DNA of 24,000 bases from Paeniglutamicibacter psychrophenolicus (GCF_017876575.1 NZ_JAGIOE010000001.1:3118443-3142442), one strand, 5' to 3'; positions 1 to 7,706 are shown, counted from the stretch's first letter. The notes: generated by a model not told the origin, from the letters alone. Numbers and translations: made by a program.

Positions 1-863
1 TGGTCGTCAACCCGCACGCCGCCCTTCCCGTCAAGGGTCGCCCCGGCGCGTGCCACATCCAGGCCCTCGGCGCGCGGGGCCCTTCCGGTGGCGAAGACGA
101 CCGCATCGACCGCGACCTCTCCGCCCGCCCGCAGCTTCAGGATGCTGGTTCCGTCCTCCCCGCGCCGCCCGCTGGCCACGGTGCTGCTGGCCAGCACCGT
201 GACCCCGAGCCGGCGCAGGTGCTCCTCGGCGAGCGCGGAGACCTCGGGCTCCTCGCGCCGCAGCAGCCTGGCGCCGCGGTTCAGCACGGTGACTTGGACC
301 CCGAATCCGGCCAGGAAGAAGGCGGCCTCCAGCGCCACAGCGGATCCGCCCACGATGGCCACGGATTTCGGCAGCGTCGCCAGGGTGTAGAGCTCGCGGC
401 TGGTCCAGGCGGTGATCTCCCCGATGCCCGGGAAGTCCGGGAGCACGGGGACGGTTCCCGTGGCGATGATGATGTGGTGTGCCAGGTATTGGTTCCCGTT
501 GGCGCTTAGGTGTCCCGGTCCGGTGATTGTCGCCTCGCCGCGCACCACGGTTGCCCCGCGTTTGGCGTACCCCTGCTCCTGGGCGCTGTCGTCGAGGTGC
601 CGGGCCATGTAGTCGCGGTATTCCCGGGCCTTTTCCCAGTCCAGGGCGCTTTCGGCGGCTCCGGCCGCCCCGGCGGCCTCGACGTTCACCTCGGGTCCGC
701 GCAGGACGGTCTTGGAGGGGATGCAGGCCCAGTAGGCGCATTCCCCGCCGATGAGCTCGGCCTCGAAGACGACGACCTTCTTGCCCGCGGTGAGCAGCCG
801 GTCGGCTGCGACCTCGCCGCCGGGTCCCATGCCGATGATCGCGGCATCGAATATTTCTTCCAT
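1..863 (-). CDS. Class I pyridine nucleotide-disulfide oxidoreductase (FAD/NAD(P)-dependent, dihydrolipoamide-dehydrogenase/mycothione-reductase-like); C-terminal part lies outside the window
   Basis: My own minus-strand translation from the ATG at 863-861 gives MEEIFDAAIIGMGPGGEVAADRLL (GxGxxG FAD fold). It also shows a redox-active CxxxxC in GGECAYWACIPSK and a second Rossmann motif, VAIVGGSAVALEAAFFLAGFG. The frame stays open to base 1, which is why it is absent from the supplied ORF track. Confidence 0.85.
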   Translation of the reverse strand, partial: MEEIFDAAIIGMGPGGEVAADRLLTAGKKVVVFEAELIGGECAYWACIPSKTVLRGPEVNVEAAGAAGAAESALDWEKAREYRDYMARHLDDSAQEQGYAKRGATVVRGEATITGPGHLSANGNQYLAHHIIIATGTVPVLPDFPGIGEITAWTSRELYTLATLPKSVAIVGGSAVALEAAFFLAGFGVQVTVLNRGARLLRREEPEVSALAEEHLRRLGVTVLASSTVASGRRGEDGTSILKLRAGGEVAVDAVVFATGRAPRAEGLDVARAGATLDGKGGVRVDD

Positions 864-1007
864 CAGAGCACTCCCGTGTTCGCGTTCCTCGCGGCCGTCA
901 TCCAGGCACCTGCCCCCAGCCTTGCACCTGGTGCGGCCAACGACCAGAGCTTGCCCTTCGCCCGCTGGTGGCGCCGGAGGGGTTTCGGGGCCAGCCGTAC
1001 GGGCGCG

Positions 1008-1319
1008 CTAGGCGCTTTCCCGGTAGGCCTCGGGCATGCGGATGATGCGCCAGCGGCCCGTGTCGGCCTGGCGGGAAACCTCGAAGGTGCGCAATGGGCC
1101 CACGCCGGCGAGCTTGACCTGCAATTGCCAGACCTCGTAATCCACGAGCCCCGGGCCGCGGCCGCGTTCGGCACGCAGCTCCTCGGTCCACCAGTTCCTT
1201 CGCTCGAACCAGCGCACCGGCTCGGCCGCGAGCCTGTACTCGCGACCCTGCCAGCGCATGCGGATCGGCACCCCCGCCGGTGTGCAGTCAACCTCGATCG
1301 ACTGGGTAAAGATTCCCAT
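1008..1319 (-). CDS. Small conserved hypothetical protein, Trp/Arg-rich (DUF6504-like; family name recalled from memory, unverified)
   Basis: An internal ATG at 1319 is preceded by the purine-rich GGGAAGGGTGG. The N-terminal 31 codons of the 134-aa track ORF are Ala/Gly/Arg filler. The 103-aa product contains RMRWQGREYRL, RRNWWTEEL, VWQLQV and GRWRIIRM. Confidence 0.6.
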   Translation of the reverse strand: MGIFTQSIEVDCTPAGVPIRMRWQGREYRLAAEPVRWFERRNWWTEELRAERGRGPGLVDYEVWQLQVKLAGVGPLRTFEVSRQADTGRWRIIRMPEAYRESA

Positions 1320-1420
1320 TCGCTCGCCACCCTTCCCGTTGCACAAGCGGGCCCGACGCCCTCCTGCCCCAGGGGCATGAGAGGCGGTTGCGGGTTGCGC
1401 CCGTGCATTCACCAGTTTAT

Positions 1421-1465
1421 TAGAAACTTTGTTCTAGACAAGATGAGAGTAGAACATGCGTACTA
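1421..1465. promoter_or_regulatory. Two tandem 16-bp dyads, TAGAAACTTTGTTCTA (1421-1436) and TAGAACATGCGTACTA (1450-1465), resembling actinobacterial LexA/SOS boxes (TCGAAC-N4-GTTCGA)
   Basis: Read directly in the AT-rich divergent intergenic region between the genes starting at 1319 (-) and 1524 (+). Each dyad matches 9 of 12 consensus positions and has a GAAN-N4-GTNC core. Both share the TAG...CTA outer bases. Confidence 0.35.
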
Positions 1466-1523
1466 CGGTTTGTTGTTGAAGGGTCCCCTTGAAGCCCATT
1501 CACATGGGCCTATGCTTGGGTGC

Positions 1524-1964
1524 ATGAGCACAGACACGCCCCCGGCAGTCACCGCGCTCACCCTTGGGGTGCGCGATGTCCAGCGGTCACGCGACTTCTA
1601 CGTCACGGGCCTGGGTTTCCGCGAAATCAATTTCATCCCCGGCGAGATCCTGTTCGTCCAGGCCGGCCACGGGCTCATGCTCGCGCTGTGGAACGTCGAA
1701 TCGATGCCCGGGGAATACGGGGAAGTCGGGCACGGCCCGCTGGCCCCTCCGGTCTCCCTGGGCCACAACACCACCAGCGTCGCCGAGGTCAACGACCTCT
1801 ACGCCCGCGCCCTGGACGCCGGCGCAACCCCGATCGGCGCGCCAACCACCCGGGAATGGGGCGGCACCAGCGCGTGCGTGGCGGACCCGGACGGTTTCCG
1901 CTGGGACTTCGTGCACAACCCGTCCTTCGCCATCGACGACGACGGAACCGTCACCGGTGTCTGA
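1524..1964 (+). CDS. VOC family protein (glyoxalase/bleomycin-resistance/dioxygenase fold)
   Basis: Only the last ~147 codons of the 484-aa track ORF look protein-like: PAVTALTLGVRDVQRSRDFYVTGLGF ... ADPDGFRWDFVHNP. The start is ambiguous (ATG at 1524 or 1512) and has no clear SD. Confidence 0.8.
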   Translation: MSTDTPPAVTALTLGVRDVQRSRDFYVTGLGFREINFIPGEILFVQAGHGLMLALWNVESMPGEYGEVGHGPLAPPVSLGHNTTSVAEVNDLYARALDAGATPIGAPTTREWGGTSACVADPDGFRWDFVHNPSFAIDDDGTVTGV

Positions 1965-1979
1965 GAACTCCCGCCACCG

Positions 1980-2702
1980 ATGAGGCTCTCCAGCTTGCCG
2001 ATCCGCCGGATCGCCGAACACGAGCTTTCCCCCGCACCGCGCAACCAGTGGCCCCAGACGCTCCCGCCGGTGCGCCAGCTGCTGGACCAGGGTCTTGACT
2101 TCGGTGCAGCCACGGTCTTCGTGGGCGAAAACGGTTCGGGGAAATCCACGCTTATCGAAGCCATAGCGCTGGGCTACGGGCTGTCCCCGGAGGGCGGCTC
2201 CACCGGGGCGCAACACAGCACCCGTGCCACCGAATCGGGCCTGGAGAAGCACCTGCAGCTGGTGCGGAACATCGGTGCCAGCCGCCGCGGATACTTCCTG
2301 CGCGCCGAAACCATGCACGGTTTCTATACCTACCTGGAGGAAAATCCCACGCTGCGGCGCAAGGATCCGGAATTCCACACCATGAGCCATGGCGAATCGT
2401 TCCTCGAGCTGATCGTGGACAGGTTCCGCGAGGGCGGGCTGTGGGTTCTCGACGAGCCCGAGTCCGCACTCTCGTTCTCCGGGTGCCTGGCCCTGGTGGG
2501 AATCCTGAAGGACCTCATGGCGCAGGGCGATTCGCAGGTCATCATGTCCACGCACTCGCCGCTGCTCGCTTCCCTGCCCGGGGCCGACATCTACGAGGTC
2601 GGCCCGTGGGGGCTGCGGCACAGCGCCTGGGACGAGCTGGACCTGGTGACCAACTGGCGCTCCTTCATGAACCTGCCCGAACGCTACCTGCGCCACCTAT
2701 AA
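1980..2702 (+). CDS. AAA/ABC-type ATPase, stand-alone (COG3910-like predicted ATPase)
   Basis: Walker A is VGENGSGKST, Walker B is LWVLDEPES, a signature-like motif is SHGESF, and a His-loop is STHSP. The 240-aa ORF occupies the only protein-like frame in this stretch. Confidence 0.85.
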   Translation: MRLSSLPIRRIAEHELSPAPRNQWPQTLPPVRQLLDQGLDFGAATVFVGENGSGKSTLIEAIALGYGLSPEGGSTGAQHSTRATESGLEKHLQLVRNIGASRRGYFLRAETMHGFYTYLEENPTLRRKDPEFHTMSHGESFLELIVDRFREGGLWVLDEPESALSFSGCLALVGILKDLMAQGDSQVIMSTHSPLLASLPGADIYEVGPWGLRHSAWDELDLVTNWRSFMNLPERYLRHL

Positions 2703-2735
2703 AAAAGGTGTGCAGGGCACCTGGCCCTGCACACC
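2701..2735 (-). terminator. Intrinsic terminator between convergent genes
   Basis: A perfect 12-bp stem, GGTGTGCAGGGC (2707-2718) / GCCCTGCACACC (2724-2735), has a 5-nt loop. On the minus strand it is followed by TTTTTT (complement of the A-run 2701-2706). It therefore suits the minus-strand genes ending at 2754, and the hairpin also sits 5 nt after the plus-strand stop at 2702. Confidence 0.8.
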
Positions 2736-2753
2736 CGGCAAGCCCCCCGGCGG

Positions 2754-2927
2754 TTACTGCCCGGAGTCGGACGGCGCCGCATCCGTGTCGAAATCCTCGG
2801 ACAGGGCACCGCCCTCGCTCTTCCACTTGGACAGCTGCTTCTCGCTGACTTCGCGTTCGTCGGTGTTGGGTGTCAGGTTGTTTCCGGGCTCTTCGTTTTC
2901 GGCCATGTTCCGGTTCTCATCACTCAT
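2754..2927 (-). CDS. Small acidic hypothetical protein (57 aa)
   Basis: This is the tail of a 527-aa artefactual track ORF. MSDENRNMAENEEPGNNLTPNTDEREVSEKQLSKWKSEGGALSEDFDTDAAPSDSGQ is non-GC-artefact-like (Asn/Glu/Lys-rich). It is co-directional with the DUF1206 gene and followed by the terminator. The SD is weak and the start could be 2906. Confidence 0.5.
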   Translation of the reverse strand: MSDENRNMAENEEPGNNLTPNTDEREVSEKQLSKWKSEGGALSEDFDTDAAPSDSGQ

Positions 2928-3007
2928 GAGGCCCACGCTAGCCGCTTCGCGGAGTGCAGGCCAGCCTTCCGTCGGCCTCCGCGCGCCGCACGAAGCCGCG
3001 CAGGCAT

Positions 3008-3829
3008 TCAGTCCATCTTCGCCAAGCGGGACTTGGCGATCTGGAACAGCCCGTAGCACCCCAGGCCAACGCCGATGAAGACCAACGCGTATACGCCGAA
3101 GGGTTGGCTGCGCAGCGCCTTGAGCGCACCATCGAGCCCCGTGGATTCCTCGGGATCCGCCTGCACCGTGGCAACGATGACCAGCAGCCCGACCAGGAAC
3201 AGGGCCACGCCCTTGGCAACGTAGCCCAAGACGCCCAGCACCACGGTTGCCTGCCGCAAAGCCTTCGAGGCAGGAAGGGACAGCTGCTTGGCAAACGACT
3301 TCAAGATGCCCCTGGCCGCAAAGACGATTCCGGTCACGGCAATGCCGGCTCCGATGAGCAGCAAGAGCGCGGGGCCGAAGGGCATGGACATGATGCCGGC
3401 CGTGGCGTCGCTGGTGGACTCGCTGCTGTCGGTGCGGTTGCCCAAGGCAAAAGAGCCGAACCCCAAAGCGAGCGCGAGAAACACGATGCCCTGGCCGGCT
3501 GCGGACAGCTTTTTGCCCAGCTTCGTCCTTGCCGGGGCGCGGCGGTATCCAAAAAGGACTTCGCTTATCTGCCACAGCCCCAGGGCCAGGCAAGCGATGC
3601 TGCCGATCCACACCAGGGCGTACCCGGCCGGTTGGGCCGCCAGCTGTGCCATCGCGCCGCTCTGCTCGGCATCCTTGGAATCCCCGAAGGCCAACCTGAC
3701 CGCAATGATCCCGACCAGGACGTGCAACAGGCCGCTGACGGCAAAGCCGGCCCTGGCGGCAATCACGAATGCCCGGGAATTCGAGGCATCCTCGGCGGCG
3801 TTGGCAACGTCGTTCAGTTCTTTCTTCAT
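3008..3829 (-). CDS. DUF1206 domain-containing integral membrane protein
   Basis: The 273-aa product has repeated paired hydrophobic helices (AARAGFAVSGLLHVLVGIIAV..., GQGIVFLALALGFGSFAL, VAKGVALFLVGLLVIVATV, ALVFIGVGLGCYGLFQI). This is typical of the triple-repeat DUF1206 family. Confidence 0.8.
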   Translation of the reverse strand: MKKELNDVANAAEDASNSRAFVIAARAGFAVSGLLHVLVGIIAVRLAFGDSKDAEQSGAMAQLAAQPAGYALVWIGSIACLALGLWQISEVLFGYRRAPARTKLGKKLSAAGQGIVFLALALGFGSFALGNRTDSSESTSDATAGIMSMPFGPALLLLIGAGIAVTGIVFAARGILKSFAKQLSLPASKALRQATVVLGVLGYVAKGVALFLVGLLVIVATVQADPEESTGLDGALKALRSQPFGVYALVFIGVGLGCYGLFQIAKSRLAKMD

Positions 3830-4173
3830 GCGGGTCCCCCTTGGCTGCGCCCACGTGGGGAGCTACGTGTCGGTAACGACATCCTGCCACCGTTCGGGGC
3901 GGACGCATACATTTTCCCCCATCCCCGAACCCGGTGGGGTCAACCACCTGAAGCTTCCGGCCACGGGCCTGGAACGCAGCCGCACTTGACAGGCCGGCAG
4001 ACCCGGTTTTCGGCAGCTGATGGAAGTCGGCAACGAGGGCCCCTCCGTCGGGCTGGCCACGCAGCATCCGCGCGGAGGACCTGGGCCGGGCCTGTGGCTC
4101 GACCGGACGGGCACGATCTACGCCGCCTCCACTGCTGGCCATGAGCCCGGCACAACGCACCGCGGCAGGACCG

Positions 4174-4596
4174 CTACTCGGCCGAGGGCCGCTGCCGCTG
4201 CTGCTTCGTGGCCGAGCGCTGCGACTTCGCGGCGAGCCGGCGGCGTTGGGAGCCCTTGGTCGGCTTGGTGGCACGCCTGCGCGGCGCATCCGGCGCCAGC
4301 GCCGAGGCCAGCATCCCGGCGAGCTTCTGCAGCGCAATCTCGCGGTTGCGCAGCTGGGAGCGCTGTTCGGAGGCCGAGACTGTGAGCACTCCGGAAACGA
4401 GCTTCGAGTCCAGGCGAGAGGCCAGTCGCTGGCGCTGCGCGTCGGTCAGCACGCGGGAACCGGCAACGTTCCAGGACAGTTCGACGCGGCTGTCCGAGGT
4501 GTTCACGTGCTGCCCGCCCGGCCCCGAGGAACGCGAGAACCGCCAGTCGAGCTCGGATGCCGGAATCGTAAGCGCCGGTGAAATCTCCAGATCCAT
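4174..4596 (-). CDS. arfB: Alternative ribosome-rescue factor ArfB (peptidyl-tRNA hydrolase, YaeJ family)
   Basis: The 140-aa product has the catalytic GGQ motif in SSGPGGQHVNTSDSRVEL. It also has the characteristic Arg/Lys-rich C-terminal tail (RRRATKPTKGSQRRRLAAKSQRSATKQQRQR). Confidence 0.9.
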   Translation of the reverse strand: MDLEISPALTIPASELDWRFSRSSGPGGQHVNTSDSRVELSWNVAGSRVLTDAQRQRLASRLDSKLVSGVLTVSASEQRSQLRNREIALQKLAGMLASALAPDAPRRRATKPTKGSQRRRLAAKSQRSATKQQRQRPSAE

Positions 4597-4695
4597 GCTT
4601 CAAGCATCGCATGGCCCAAGGGGCACGCATGCCCGGCGCCGGGCACGGGACACCCGGCCCCCGCCACCAGGGCAGGGACCGGGCAGGTGCCTAAT

Positions 4696-5082
4696 CTAGG
4701 CGTGGTCCTCGTGAAGGCACAGGATGTTGCCGTCGGGGTCCTTGAACCACGCGGCCTTCTCCGATCCAAGGACACAGATGTGGTCGACGGTCTTCAAATC
4801 CGGCAGGTCGTAGTCCTCGAAGACCACGCCGTGGCCATCGAGGTCGCCGATCGCATCGGTGATGTCGTTGACCTCGAAGCTGGCTGCGGTGTGGGTGGAG
4901 GGCCTTGCCTGCGGATCGCTGAGCAGGGCAAGTGAACCGGCACCCGCGAGGGTGAAGACAAGGTTGCCGTCCGCTGCCTTGCCCCGGAAGGGAAGGCCCA
5001 GTGCATCCTCGTAGAACTTCCGCGACCGCTCGGCATCGGTGACGGGAATGATGGTGGTCAATGGGCTGGTTGAAAGTGACAT
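4696..5082 (-). CDS. VOC family protein (glyoxalase-like)
   Basis: An internal ATG at 5082 has GAGGA about 10 nt upstream. The product reads MSLSTSPLTTIIPVTDAERSRKFYEDALGLPF ... AAWFKDPDGNILCLHE. Confidence 0.85.
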   Translation of the reverse strand: MSLSTSPLTTIIPVTDAERSRKFYEDALGLPFRGKAADGNLVFTLAGAGSLALLSDPQARPSTHTAASFEVNDITDAIGDLDGHGVVFEDYDLPDLKTVDHICVLGSEKAAWFKDPDGNILCLHEDHA

Positions 5083-5246
5083 GGGGAACCATCCTCGGGT
5101 GGAAATCTGGCCCTCCAATTTTACGTCCGGATCGGCGAAAAAGAGGCAAGGAATCGGGAGAACAAGGGGCCGCAAAGCGGGGTTTCGCAGGCTTCCGCCG
5201 CGTCATACACTGGGCGTGCATCCACTGTCGAAAGAAGCGAGTGGCC

Positions 5247-5444
5247 ATGACCATCCCGCAGCCTCCCGAGCCCCCGGACCCGCCGGCCGAGCCCGGCCGC
5301 GTTCCGCCGGTCCCGCCCGGACCACCCGTGCCGCCCTACGATCCGCCGCCGGATCCGGGGCCGTTGCCGCCCCGGCCCGATCCGCAGCACCCGTATCCGC
5401 CCGTTGAACCGGACCCGATCGGACCGGTTCCGCCGATCAGGTAG
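5247..5444 (+). CDS. Hypothetical proline-rich small protein (65 aa, 33 Pro)
   Basis: The ATG at 5247 opens MTIPQPPEPPDPPAEPGRVPPVPPGPPVPPYDPPPDPGPLPPRPDPQHPYPPVEPDPIGPVPPIR. Third codon positions are mostly G/C. It is followed 17 nt later by a strong hairpin with a T-rich tail. It could still be a GC-driven artefact. Confidence 0.4.
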   Translation: MTIPQPPEPPDPPAEPGRVPPVPPGPPVPPYDPPPDPGPLPPRPDPQHPYPPVEPDPIGPVPPIR

Positions 5445-5461
5445 GCCCGGGGCCAACGACG

Positions 5462-5508
5462 GCGGGCCCGCATCGCCATAACGACGATGCGGGCCCGCTG
5501 CGTTTGGT
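5462..5508 (+). terminator. Intrinsic terminator-like hairpin
   Basis: A perfect 14-bp stem, GCGGGCCCGCATCG (5462-5475) / CGATGCGGGCCCGC (5485-5498), has a 9-nt loop and is followed by TGCGTTTGGTT on the plus strand. There is no U-tract on the minus strand. Confidence 0.65.
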
Positions 5509-5524
5509 TCGCCGAAGGGTTCGG

Positions 5525-5929
5525 CTACTGGCGCTGCGAGAGCCGGATCAAGTTGCCCGAGGGGTCCCTGAACGCGCAGTCCCGCGGGCCCCACGGCTGC
5601 TCGATGGGCTCCTGGAGGACCTCGGCCCCGGTGGCGCGCACCTGCTCGAAGAGTCCGTCAAGGTCGGAGGTGGAAAAGACCGTCATCGGCAGCACGCCCT
5701 TGGTGAGCAGCTCCTGGATGGCGTTGCCGTCGGCCTCCGAACGCCCCGCGTGCGGGTCCGAGAGCACGATGCCCAGCCCGGGCTGGGTGTCGGAGCCCAG
5801 GGTGACCCAGCGGTGCTCGCCCGATGCCACGTCGTTCTCCACCTTCAGGCCCAGCCCGTCGCGGTAGAAGGGAATGGCCGCGTCGACGTCGTTGACGGTG
5901 ATGTGAGAGTACTGCAATGAAATATCCAT
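5525..5929 (-). CDS. VOC family protein (glyoxalase-like)
   Basis: The 134-aa product reads MDISLQYSHITVNDVDAAIPFYRDGLGLKV ... WGPRDCAFRDPSGNLIRL. This is a classic VOC beta-alpha-beta-beta-beta signature. Confidence 0.9.
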   Translation of the reverse strand: MDISLQYSHITVNDVDAAIPFYRDGLGLKVENDVASGEHRWVTLGSDTQPGLGIVLSDPHAGRSEADGNAIQELLTKGVLPMTVFSTSDLDGLFEQVRATGAEVLQEPIEQPWGPRDCAFRDPSGNLIRLSQRQ

Positions 5930-6007
5930 GGCTCAACCATAGGACCGGGGGCGCCGGTGCGCTTCTTGAATCCTGCTCGATGCCAACATGCCGGCCCGGC
6001 CGCCAAT

Positions 6008-6019
6008 GTACGATCGTAC
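6008..6019. promoter_or_regulatory. Perfect 12-bp palindrome GTACGATCGTAC containing a TAnnnT -10-like hexamer (TACGAT, 6009-6014); candidate TetR operator / leaderless promoter
   Basis: Read directly. The palindrome ends 2 nt before the ATG at 6022. The -10-like hexamer ends 7 nt upstream of that ATG, the spacing expected for a leaderless actinobacterial transcript. Confidence 0.4.
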
Positions 6020-6021
6020 GC

Positions 6022-6600
6022 ATGAGTGAAAGCTTTTCCGGGGACACCCGAACCAACCGCGAACGCATGCTTGCCGGAGAACTCTATGACGCCTCCGACC
6101 CGGAGCTGGTCTCCGAGGCCCGCCGAGCGGTGCGCCTTGCCGACGAGTACGCCAGGATCCACTTGATGGACAACCACGCCGCCCGGCACGTCCTGGTCGA
6201 TCTCGTGGGGCACCTGGGCGAAGGCGTGGAGATCAAGCCCCCGTTGTTCGTGGACTACGGAACCCAGCTGTCGATCGGCGAGCGCACCTTCATCAACTAC
6301 AACCTCACGGCCCTGGACGTCGCCCCGATCAGCATCGGGGCCGACTGCCTGATCGGCCCCAATGTCCAGCTGCTGACCCCCACCCACCCGCTGGATCCCA
6401 AGCAACGCCGTGCCAAGCTGGAGGCGGCCATGCCCATCACGATCGGTGACAATGTGTGGATCGGCGGCGGGGCGACAGTCCTGCCGGGTGTCAGCATCGG
6501 GGACAACAGCGTCATCGGCGCCGGTTCGGTGGTCACCCGGGACGTTCCGGCCAACGTGGTGGCCGTGGGCAACCCCGCCCGCGTCATCAAGAACCTCTAG
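6022..6600 (+). CDS. Sugar O-acetyltransferase, Maa/LacA-like (left-handed beta-helix, hexapeptide repeats)
   Basis: An internal ATG at 6022 opens MSESFSGDTRTNRERMLAGELYDASDPELV (Maa N-terminal domain). Hexapeptide repeats follow: IGDNVWIGGGATVLPGVSIGDNSVIGAGSVVTRDVP. Confidence 0.9.
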   Translation: MSESFSGDTRTNRERMLAGELYDASDPELVSEARRAVRLADEYARIHLMDNHAARHVLVDLVGHLGEGVEIKPPLFVDYGTQLSIGERTFINYNLTALDVAPISIGADCLIGPNVQLLTPTHPLDPKQRRAKLEAAMPITIGDNVWIGGGATVLPGVSIGDNSVIGAGSVVTRDVPANVVAVGNPARVIKNL

Positions 6601-6607
6601 GTCCCCG

Positions 6608-7150
6608 GTGTCCACCCGCAGGGTCGATCCGGACCGCCGCGAACGCATCATCGGCTGTGCGCTGGAGCTGATTGCCTCCCAGGGCGTGGCCGGCACCTCG
6701 CACCGCAAGGTCGCGGCGCTCGCCGATGTGCCGCTGGGATCGATGACCTACCATTTCTCCGGCATGGATGAGCTGCTCGAAGCGGCCTTCACGCGCTTTA
6801 CCCGTGAGGTCGGCGAGCGCTTCGCCGCACGGCTTGCCGGTGGGCTTGCCGGCGCGGAGCTGGTCTCGGCGTTGGTGGAGCTGATCCACGACGACGTGCT
6901 CGATTCCCGCCGCTCGCTGGTCCTCACCATGGAGCTGTACACCCTGGCGGCGCGCAATCCGCGCTTCAGGGACATCACCCGGTCATGGCTCGAATTCAGC
7001 GCCCGGTCCCTGGAACGCCACATGGATGCGGCAACGGCGCAACAGGTTGATGCGCTGATCGAGGGGCTCTCCATCCACCGCGCCCTGGGCATCGGGCCGG
7101 CTTCCAGGGAACGGACCGCCGATGCGCTGGGCAAGATCCTGGGGACCTAA
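6608..7150 (+). CDS. TetR/AcrR family transcriptional regulator
   Basis: A GTG at 6608, 8 nt after the acetyltransferase stop, opens VSTRRVDPDRRERIIGCALELIASQGVAGTSHRKVAALADVPLGSMTYHF (TetR HTH). The start codon choice is inferred. Confidence 0.85.
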   Translation: MSTRRVDPDRRERIIGCALELIASQGVAGTSHRKVAALADVPLGSMTYHFSGMDELLEAAFTRFTREVGERFAARLAGGLAGAELVSALVELIHDDVLDSRRSLVLTMELYTLAARNPRFRDITRSWLEFSARSLERHMDAATAQQVDALIEGLSIHRALGIGPASRERTADALGKILGT

Positions 7151-7560
7151 TACCGGGGCGTTCTGGTGCTTTTGGGGCGGGTGACCGACTTGGCGATGCA
7201 GGCGGGCATGGCCTCCACCGCCGCATGTTCCCGGTTGCGGTAGCCGCTGGGGCTTTCTCCGGTGATTTGGGTGAAGCTGGTGCTGAAGGAACCCAGCGAG
7301 GTACAGCCCACCTCCATGCAGGCGTCGGTGACGCTGACCCCGGAGCGCAGCAGCGCCATGGAACGCTCGATGCGCCGGGTCATCAGGTACGCATACGGGC
7401 TCTGGCCGTACGCGGCCTTGAACTGCCGGGAGAAATGCGCCGGGGACATGAGGGCCTTGGTCGCCATGGTGGGCACATCCAGGGGTTTCGCGTATTCGCG
7501 GTCGATCATGTCCTTGGCCCTGCGCAGGGCGGTGAGCGTTTCAAGCTCGGATTGCTTCAT
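7147..7560 (-). CDS. AraC family transcriptional regulator (short, HTH-only type)
   Basis: The 137-aa product contains PLDVPTMATKALMSPAHFSRQFKAAYGQSPYAYLMTRRIERSMALL ... VTDACMEVGCTSLGSFSTSF, a double AraC-type HTH. It has a 4-bp convergent overlap with the TetR stop. Confidence 0.9.
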   Translation of the reverse strand: MKQSELETLTALRRAKDMIDREYAKPLDVPTMATKALMSPAHFSRQFKAAYGQSPYAYLMTRRIERSMALLRSGVSVTDACMEVGCTSLGSFSTSFTQITGESPSGYRNREHAAVEAMPACIAKSVTRPKSTRTPRY

Positions 7561-7594
7561 GGATTCGAGGTTATCAGCGCTTCCCCCACTCGAC

Positions 7595-7674
7595 GTGGCA
7601 GCCCGTCAGGCCGCTGCCACGAAAAGACCCGTGGCCGGCGACTGCTATGCAGTCAGCGGCCACGGGCCTTTTAT
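7595..7674 (-). terminator. Tandem hairpins forming a bidirectional-looking intrinsic terminator at the end of the acid-sugar operon
   Basis: Hairpin 1 is GTGGCAGC (7595-7602) / GCTGCCAC (7613-7620). Hairpin 2 is CCCGTGGCCG (7628-7637) / CGGCCACGGG (7657-7666), with an inner GACTGC/GCAGTC stem. It is flanked by GAAAAGA (7621-7627, a U-run on the minus strand) and TTTTAT (7669-7674). Confidence 0.85.
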
Positions 7675-7706
7675 CGTCCGGACAGGACGAGCACAATTGA
7701 CCGGTG

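Noticed and set aside
1980-2702. The stand-alone ABC/AAA-type ATPase as a possible phage-defence ATPase (Gabija, Septu or PARIS-like).
   Set aside because: It is only 240 aa, with no nuclease or effector partner and no fused domain. It sits among core-like high-GC genes and fits the widespread COG3910-type ATPase instead.
2754-4337. Very long ORFs in the track: 2754-4337 (-, 527 aa), 510-1964 (+, 484 aa), 13279-14931 (+, 550 aa), 14950-16182 (+, 410 aa), 16152-17588 (+, 478 aa), 1587-2696 (-, 369 aa), 17610-18587 (-, 325 aa), 18624-19472 (-, 282 aa), 5845-6708 (-, 287 aa).
   Set aside because: They are Arg/Pro/Gly/Ala-dominated and lie antisense or out of frame to genes with clear domain signatures. 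This is the expected stop-codon-poor artefact of high-GC DNA. Only short terminal segments of some of them are real: a VOC protein, the small acidic protein, the cupin, the secreted protein and the MFS remnant.
4174-5444. A functional link between arfB (ribosome rescue) and the nearby poly-proline ORF (ribosome stalling).
   Set aside because: The genes are on opposite strands and separated by a VOC gene. No shared regulation is visible, so the idea is attractive but unsupported.
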